A stretch of 32,000 nucleotides of DNA from Candidatus Scalindua sp. (GTDB lineage Bacteria; Planctomycetota; Brocadiia; Brocadiales; Scalinduaceae). The stretch lies in contig JALDRA010000001.1 of assembly GCA_031316235.1 (NCBI GenBank), positions 1,350,001 through 1,382,000 on the forward strand, written 5' to 3'. Below are positions 27,357 through 32,000 of the stretch, in pieces. Numbering within the stretch: position 1 is the stretch's first letter; each line of letters opens with the position of its first letter. Below the pieces are notes generated by a model, which saw only the letters and a program-made list of their open reading frames with translations, was not told the origin of the DNA and searched no databases. The translations under genes were made by a program, and so were the position numbers.

Positions 27357-27469
27357 TATACTGAAACCGGTTTGGTTTTATGTTTTTCTAAAAACCAAAG
27401 CCTGGTTGCTGATACACTCGCTCCGTTTTTTCTCGGTTTTTATCCGAAATCCAGTATAAGATGAGCATA
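27357..27469 (+). repeat. Divergent complete copy of the repeat family (R5)
   Basis: TATACTGAAACCGGTTTGGTTTTATGTTTTTCTAAAAACCAAAGCCTGGTTGCTGATACACTCGCTCCGTTTTTTCTCGGTTTTTATCCGAAATCCAGTATAAGATGAGCATA. Same ends and architecture as the other copies, but module A has a different inner stem and loop. It lies about 100 bp upstream of the operon start. Confidence 0.8.
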
Positions 27470-27505
27470 CATACCTGAAACAGATTATCATGCTTGGCAG
27501 GGAGT

Positions 27506-27918
27506 TTATTCGCAAACATAATGCCGTTTAGTTTTCTTTTTTTTGAGAGTACTAAGGACTCCTTGGTATACAATATAAAACACTTTGCAGAATTCATTGT
27601 TACCAGTACTCATGCTAAACCCTGTTGTGCTGTCTAATAAATCGACAGATCGAAGTGTTTTGCCATAGCGGTCTCCTGTTTTACATGCCAGTGTGAGTTT
27701 ATTACGAAAGGAATGCGTTATCACCATAATATCAATATATAAAGAGGGTAACTATGGTCCTCATTGTACACACTGACATCCTTGAACTTTGTACGATTAT
27801 TGTGAGAATCATGAAGTTCCGTAAGATTGATTATCACCGCTACCTCATCAGGTAGCTCTTCCAGCTTAAGCCACTTTGCCCCACTGTCTCTGAGTATTCC
27901 GGTATTGCAACAAACCCT
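27506..27918 (-). pseudogene. Possible decayed gene remnant between two repeat copies
   Basis: Two adjacent minus-strand open frames are offset by one frame. 27918-27724 has no start codon and translates to ...NTGILRDSGAKWLKLEELPDEVAVIINLTELHDSHNNRTKFKDVSVYNEDH.... 27727-27506 is the 73-aa ORF in the track. Neither matches a family I recognise. Confidence 0.2.
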
Positions 27919-28071
27919 CTATGCCTTTAACAGCTGGATATTTTCCTTGTAATAATTTTAGTAGCGTGCGGGGAGAACGACAGACATGAAAAACAAACAT
28001 ACTAGTGAGGATACTGATACCCTCTCTCTTGAAACAGAGGAGAACTGAAGGAGAACTGAAATTAGCAGAGA

Positions 28072-28183
28072 TATACTAAAACTGATCTGGTTTTCGGTTT
28101 TACCGGAAACCAGATCCTGGTGAAGGTATACTCGCTCAATTTTATCTCGGATTTTATCCGAAATCCAGTATGAGATGAGTATA
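28072..28183 (+). repeat. Two-hairpin mosaic repeat, complete copy (R6)
   Basis: TATACTAAAACTGATCTGGTTTTCGGTTTTACCGGAAACCAGATCCTGGTGAAGGTATACTCGCTCAATTTTATCTCGGATTTTATCCGAAATCCAGTATGAGATGAGTATA. It ends 5 bp from the decarboxylase stop codon (28189-28191). Confidence 0.9.
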
Positions 28184-28188
28184 CCGCA

Positions 28189-29499
28189 TTAAACAGAAGC
28201 GCTGATTGACTGCTCGTTATACTGAATTCCATTTGAGGCCTTCATAACCTTAATCTCATTATCCATTACAAAAACCTCAGAAGGAAGATTGTGTGACAAA
28301 AAGAGTAAAGGGCTTGCCGTTACTCCATAGGCTCCAGAATTTAAAATGCCAATGAAATCGCCGATCCGGACCTCTGGCAGCAGTATATCAGTTGCAATCC
28401 TGTCAATGGGCGTGCACAAAGGTCCAACAATGTGTACCTTTTCCAGTTCATTCCTGTTGTGTATTTCCAGCGGATACATGATGCTGTTTCTTCTCAAAAC
28501 CTGACCAAGGTTTCCTGAAGCAGCAAGGTGATGATTCATCCCTCCATCGAGTATGATGAACTTTTTCCCTCTTGAGGCCTTTATGTCTGTCACTTTCGCT
28601 ACGTAGACCCCACTCTGTGCCACCAGAAATCTGCCGAGTTCCAGGATAAACCGGGTGTTCCTGAGTTCAGGGGAAGTCTCTCGGGTATACGTTATGATTT
28701 CTTTTATCCCATTACATACTTCCAGTATATTCAATTCCCTGTCGCCCTCGTAGTAAGGGACACCGAATCCGCCACCTAAATTAATGCAGTTCAAGTCTAT
28801 GCCTTCATGGAGAAACAACCGTTTTGCTATCGCTATTGTTTCTGTAATATTCTCTATTATGGCCCTGGCATCCAGGCACTGTGTTCCGTTATATACGTGT
28901 ATTCCCCTAAGGTTCAGCAGACCGTGCTGCTTTATCATCTTTATTATTTCAGGCGCAATTTCTTCATCAATTCCGAATTGGGAAGGAACCCCTCCCATCT
29001 TGAGTAAAAATCTTTCCGGTTTACGGGTTGGATTTATCCGTAACATGATATTTGCTTTCAATGTTGTGGTTTTTACAATTTCAAGAATCTTCTCTATCTC
29101 CCTGCATGATTCAACGCTTATGGCAAATACCCTTTTTGTTATGGCTTCTGAAAGTTCTTTATTGCTTTTTCCCGGACCGGAAAAACTTATCGTCCCAGGT
29201 AAAATCCCCACACTCATGCATCGGGATAATTCACCCCCCGAAGAAATATCAACACCAGATTTAAGCGTTTTAAAAAGAGACAGGATCTCCCGTAGAGGGT
29301 TAGCCTTCACCGCATAGAAGATGTCCAGGTTCTCTGGCAGATGCTCCTCAAGGAGCCTGTACCTCTCTTTAATAGCTCTCGTAAAATAGAGATAGAATGG
29401 CCCTTCTACTTTACGGGCAATATCTAAAAGATCATGTCCACACATCTCAAGGTGGCTGAGTGTATTGATGCGAACAACTGAATTTTCCAGTAATTTCAT
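28189..29499 (-). CDS. PLP-dependent decarboxylase, group IV (diaminopimelate/ornithine decarboxylase fold), ~436 aa
   Basis: FYAVKANP (PLP lysine), NLGGGFGVPY and GPLCTPIDRIA. Start set to ATG 29499 (MKLLENS...) rather than the upstream GTG 29535. Its position after ACP and the ligase resembles the exosortase-associated decarboxylase family (recalled as TIGR03099; not verified). Confidence 0.85.
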   Translation of the reverse strand: MKLLENSVVRINTLSHLEMCGHDLLDIARKVEGPFYLYFTRAIKERYRLLEEHLPENLDIFYAVKANPLREILSLFKTLKSGVDISSGGELSRCMSVGILPGTISFSGPGKSNKELSEAITKRVFAISVESCREIEKILEIVKTTTLKANIMLRINPTRKPERFLLKMGGVPSQFGIDEEIAPEIIKMIKQHGLLNLRGIHVYNGTQCLDARAIIENITETIAIAKRLFLHEGIDLNCINLGGGFGVPYYEGDRELNILEVCNGIKEIITYTRETSPELRNTRFILELGRFLVAQSGVYVAKVTDIKASRGKKFIILDGGMNHHLAASGNLGQVLRRNSIMYPLEIHNRNELEKVHIVGPLCTPIDRIATDILLPEVRIGDFIGILNSGAYGVTASPLLFLSHNLPSEVFVMDNEIKVMKASNGIQYNEQSISASV

Positions 29500-29660
29500 A
29501 ATCTGCCAAAATAGCCTACCGGTGAGGCACTGCACCTGATAGTTCCGATAAAACCCGGTCTAACCGCGCCCTTGAGAGATTTCTGCCCGATAGATGTCAG
29601 GAATCTGCTCTGGTTAGAGTACTGTTCACAATTTAACTGTCAAATCAGCCGCATCCACCA

Positions 29661-31388
29661 TCAGTATAGACCGAAAGCGGCCTTCATACACTGCGAGGCT
29701 TCCTTTCGCAAGAGGGCCCTGTCTATCTTCCCGTTAGGGGTACACGGGATCGTTTCCCTGAATAGTATCTCTCCCGGAATCATGTAAGAAGGAATCGTAC
29801 CTCGTAAAAAATGTACTATTTCTTTTTTGGAACAGGCAGCACCCTCATTCAGGCTGACATAACAGACTATATCCTGTTCAAGATTCTCCTGTTCAACACC
29901 CACAGCAACTACACAACTAAATTTCCCCATACTCAGGAGAACCTCTTCGATCTCCGTCGGACTCACCCGGTAACCCATCTTTTTTATCATCTCATCCCGT
30001 CTTCCAACATAGTAAAGAAAACCCTCTTCGTCTGATTTTACCAGATCACCGGAGTAGACAACCTTCTCCGTAAGCAAGGTCTCTTTGGAGGCAAGAGGAT
30101 TCTGCCTGAACACCTCATCTGTCTTTACCGGATCATCCCAATATCCCAGGGATATCAATGCCCCACGGTGTACAAGTTCTCCAATTTCTCCCGGCCTGCA
30201 CGGCTTATCTTCTTTATCCAGAATATAAATCTCAACCCCGGGGATTGCCTTTCCGATAGAGTCCGGTCTAGACCTTACTAACGATGGGTCCAGGTACGTT
30301 GACCTGTGTGCCTCAGTTAAGCCATACATCAAATACAATTGAGTTTCAGGGAAGAGATCCAAAAGTCTGAATATAGTCTGCCTGGAAAGTTTCCCGCCGG
30401 AATTGGTTATGTATCTCAGGTGTGCAAAATTATCATCCTCCCTCTTGTCCTTCATTTCTGCTATTCGATTCCAGATAACGGGTACTCCAGCAACACCCGT
30501 TATCTTCTGTGCTCCTATGACCTTCAACAGGTCTTCGGGAAAAAGAAAATCATGAAGCACAATCGTCCCGCCTACTTTAATCGTTGTGAGCAACTGGTCT
30601 AAACCATAATCGAAACTGAAGGGCAGGATACTGAGAACAATGTCATCACTATTCATATTCAGATAATTCGAAATTATTTCTGCACCATCCATCAGGTTTT
30701 GGTGGGTAGTCATTATCCCTTTTGGAGAACCGGTACAACCAGAGGTATACATGATTGTTGCAAGATCTGAAGGTATACTAAAACCGATTTGGTTTTCGGT
30801 TTTACCGGAAACCAAATCTTGGTTAATGGTATACTCGCTCAAATTTATCTCGGATTTTATCCGAAATCCAGTATGAGAGGAGTATATACAGACGGTTTCA
30901 ATCAAGCAGTTCTTACTCTCTTCAGGGAGCCCACAAACGGACAGTACCTTTTCTGATCGAATCTCCGGAACAGGTTCAGCGTTTTCTTCAAAAAGGAATA
31001 TTCTTGAGATGGAGGTAAATCTACGTCCCACATAATCAACAGTTCTCAGTTTAAGGCTGTTACTGATGAGTAGTTTTATCCCGCAATCATTTGAAATATG
31101 TTCCAACTGGCTCTCTTTTAAAACGGGATTTAATAAAACGAATATCCCGCCAGCTTTAACAATTGCGAAAATAGATATTGCCTCTTCGATGGATTTTGGA
31201 AGATAGAGACCGATCCGATCTCCCTGTTTTGCGCCATTTTCCCGCAGCAATACTGCAAGCTTGTCGGATAATTCATCAAGTTCTCTGTATGTTATGGATT
31301 TAGAGCCAGAAACAATGGCCTTTTTCTCTGAAAACCCTGCACAGGAGTCTCTAAGAATTGCCTGTGTTGTCATATTCGATTGATACAT
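29661..31388 (-). CDS. Adenylate-forming acyl-CoA/ACP ligase (AMP-binding family) carrying an in-frame repeat insertion; start uncertain (31388 or 31373; track gives TTG 31430)
   Basis: Core motifs are intact: IVKAGGIFVLLNP, MYTSGCTGSPKG, LMYGLTEA, YSGDLV, GRRDEMIKKMGYRVSPTEIE, PNGKIDR. Residues ~181-220 (CIYSSHTGFRIKSEINLSEYTINQDLVSGKTENQIGFSIP) are the translation of the repeat at 30774-30889. Confidence 0.85.
   Translation of the reverse strand: MYQSNMTTQAILRDSCAGFSEKKAIVSGSKSITYRELDELSDKLAVLLRENGAKQGDRIGLYLPKSIEEAISIFAIVKAGGIFVLLNPVLKESQLEHISNDCGIKLLISNSLKLRTVDYVGRRFTSISRIFLFEENAEPVPEIRSEKVLSVCGLPEESKNCLIETVCIYSSHTGFRIKSEINLSEYTINQDLVSGKTENQIGFSIPSDLATIMYTSGCTGSPKGIMTTHQNLMDGAEIISNYLNMNSDDIVLSILPFSFDYGLDQLLTTIKVGGTIVLHDFLFPEDLLKVIGAQKITGVAGVPVIWNRIAEMKDKREDDNFAHLRYITNSGGKLSRQTIFRLLDLFPETQLYLMYGLTEAHRSTYLDPSLVRSRPDSIGKAIPGVEIYILDKEDKPCRPGEIGELVHRGALISLGYWDDPVKTDEVFRQNPLASKETLLTEKVVYSGDLVKSDEEGFLYYVGRRDEMIKKMGYRVSPTEIEEVLLSMGKFSCVVAVGVEQENLEQDIVCYVSLNEGAACSKKEIVHFLRGTIPSYMIPGEILFRETIPCTPNGKIDRALLRKEASQCMKAAFGLY
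30774..30889 (+). repeat. Two-hairpin mosaic repeat, complete copy (R7), located inside the ligase CDS
   Basis: TATACTAAAACCGATTTGGTTTTCGGTTTTACCGGAAACCAAATCTTGGTTAATGGTATACTCGCTCAAATTTATCTCGGATTTTATCCGAAATCCAGTATGAGAGGAGTATATAC. Same family as 1159, 6551 and 28072. Module A is 1 nt longer than in the 28072 copy, and there is an extra TA at the right end. Confidence 0.9.
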
Positions 31389-31626
31389 TTTTTTTTGCCA
31401 GGAGTTTGCCGATTGCATCGATCGTTTCAAAATTTCTGTGTGTCATATCATCAGTTGTGAATTCCACCCCATACACTCTCTGCAGATGAGCAACAAGTTC
31501 AAGGATATTCATCGAATCCAACAATCCACTTTCCAATAAGGATTCACGTATAGTGATACCGGTTTCCTGAGGTGTGACATCAAGAAAAGATAAAATTTCT
31601 GATTTTAGTTTTGCAATCGATGTCAT
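31351..31626 (-). CDS. Acyl carrier protein (91 aa)
   Basis: Phosphopantetheine attachment context GLLDSMNILELVAHLQRVYGV. Its 3' end overlaps the ligase start region, suggesting coupled translation. Confidence 0.8.
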   Translation of the reverse strand: MTSIAKLKSEILSFLDVTPQETGITIRESLLESGLLDSMNILELVAHLQRVYGVEFTTDDMTHRNFETIDAIGKLLAKKNVSIEYDNTGNS

Positions 31627-31760
31627 GTATTACTTTCCCAGGAATTCGCCAGACGTAACCATTACCCTGTTAGAATTTTTTAAAAAGCAATTTCTGGAAA
31701 TATCTGAAATGTTTCTCAACTCCTGCCAGAGAGAATCAAATAAAAACAAAAAACAGCGAT

Positions 31761-31797
31761 GGTATACTCATCTTATAGTGGGTTTCGTATAAATACC
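31761..31797 (-). repeat. Partial module-B-like fragment of the repeat family (R8)
   Basis: GGTATACTCATCTTATAGTGGGTTTCGTATAAATACC versus canonical GGTATACTCATCTCATACTGGATTTCGGATAAAATCC. It shares the CATCTTATA variant with the 14706 copy. It lies between the ACP promoter region and the sigma-54 activator stop. Confidence 0.5.
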
Positions 31798-31812
31798 CTC
31801 AAGGAAACATAT

Positions 31813-32000
31813 TCATTTTGCATCATCCGTCCGAATGCCATAGTCCTCCATCTTTCTATAAATAGTCGACCGGCTGACACCCAGTTTTTCTGCGGCCTCA
31901 GAGATATTGCCTCTCGTAATACTTATTGCCTGGCGAATAAAGACTTCTTCAACTTCACTCAAAGGGATTACCTCTCCTCTTTTAAGGGATACCTCCAATT
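31813..32000 (-). CDS. C-terminal fragment of a sigma-54-dependent transcriptional activator (Fis-type HTH); the gene continues beyond the window end
   Basis: EVFIRQAISITRGNISEAAEKLGVSRSTIYRKMEDYGI is the canonical NtrC-family C-terminal HTH. The M in the track is a TTG at the window edge, not a real start. Its position next to the ACP/ligase/decarboxylase set fits a PEP-CTERM-box regulator (PrsR-like), but this is inference. Confidence 0.75.
   Translation of the reverse strand, partial: LEVSLKRGEVIPLSEVEEVFIRQAISITRGNISEAAEKLGVSRSTIYRKMEDYGIRTDDAK

Noticed and set aside
21274-29317. Assorted antisense or alternative-frame ORFs inside the secretin, pilus-operon and decarboxylase genes (for example 21579..22088, 21727..22080, 22100..22414, 24560..24970, 24684..25256, 26610..26915, 28784..29317)
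   Set aside because: Each lies within a longer ORF that has recognisable motifs or operon context. None has independent support.
31712-31730. Possible sigma-54 promoter (minus strand CTGGCAGGAGTTGAG) upstream of the ACP gene, expected because of the adjacent sigma-54 activator
   Set aside because: A TGGCA element is present, but the -12 element would be TTGA at the wrong spacing. The GG-to-GC distance does not fit TGGCAC-N5-TTGCW, so the match is not good enough to call.
1159-31797. Whether the recurring ~112-bp repeats are a CRISPR array
   Set aside because: Copies are kilobases apart, occur in both orientations and are separated by ordinary genes. They have no regular repeat-spacer periodicity, and no cas genes are present.

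Overview
Gene-dense bacterial chromosomal segment, moderately AT-rich by eye (GC not computed). I support about 30 CDS, one tRNA and no rRNA, CRISPR array or recognisable transposase. Lineage cannot be determined by eye. The gene content suggests an environmental Gram-negative organism with PEP-CTERM/exosortase-type genes. Left to right: a partial HExxH-motif protein, a cupin, type III glutamine synthetase, a lipoprotein, and a 558-bp non-coding gap. Next come an orphan 461-aa protein, a GNAT::deacetylase fusion, and a RimK / M14-like deacylase / RimB-like aspartic protease operon. These are followed by two GT2 glycosyltransferases with a Memo-like protein and a ThiI-like PP-loop ATPase. Then comes an operon of an unknown 313-aa protein, DUF192 and a HAD::YvcK fusion, followed by HU, a FabZ-like dehydratase and tRNA-Met(CAU). 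A six-gene operon runs from a small lipoprotein through a PilM::PilN fusion to a secretin. The window ends with ACP, an adenylate-forming ligase and a PLP decarboxylase beside the C-terminus of a sigma-54 activator. The main signal not explained by gene annotation is a very dense family of ~112-bp two-hairpin mosaic repeats bounded by TATACT/GTATAC. There are 7 substantial copies plus 3-4 fragments in 32 kb. Most copies abut start or stop codons. One copy sits inside the ligase CDS, in frame, in the only orientation that lacks stop codons, and adds about 39 residues just before the TSGxTGxPKG motif. This resembles the Rickettsia palindromic element phenomenon. The orphan 461-aa gene is bracketed by a perfect 14-bp inverted repeat made of the same repeat terminus. 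I raise it as a speculative autonomous-partner candidate. All functional calls rest on motif recognition by eye, and no database search was run.
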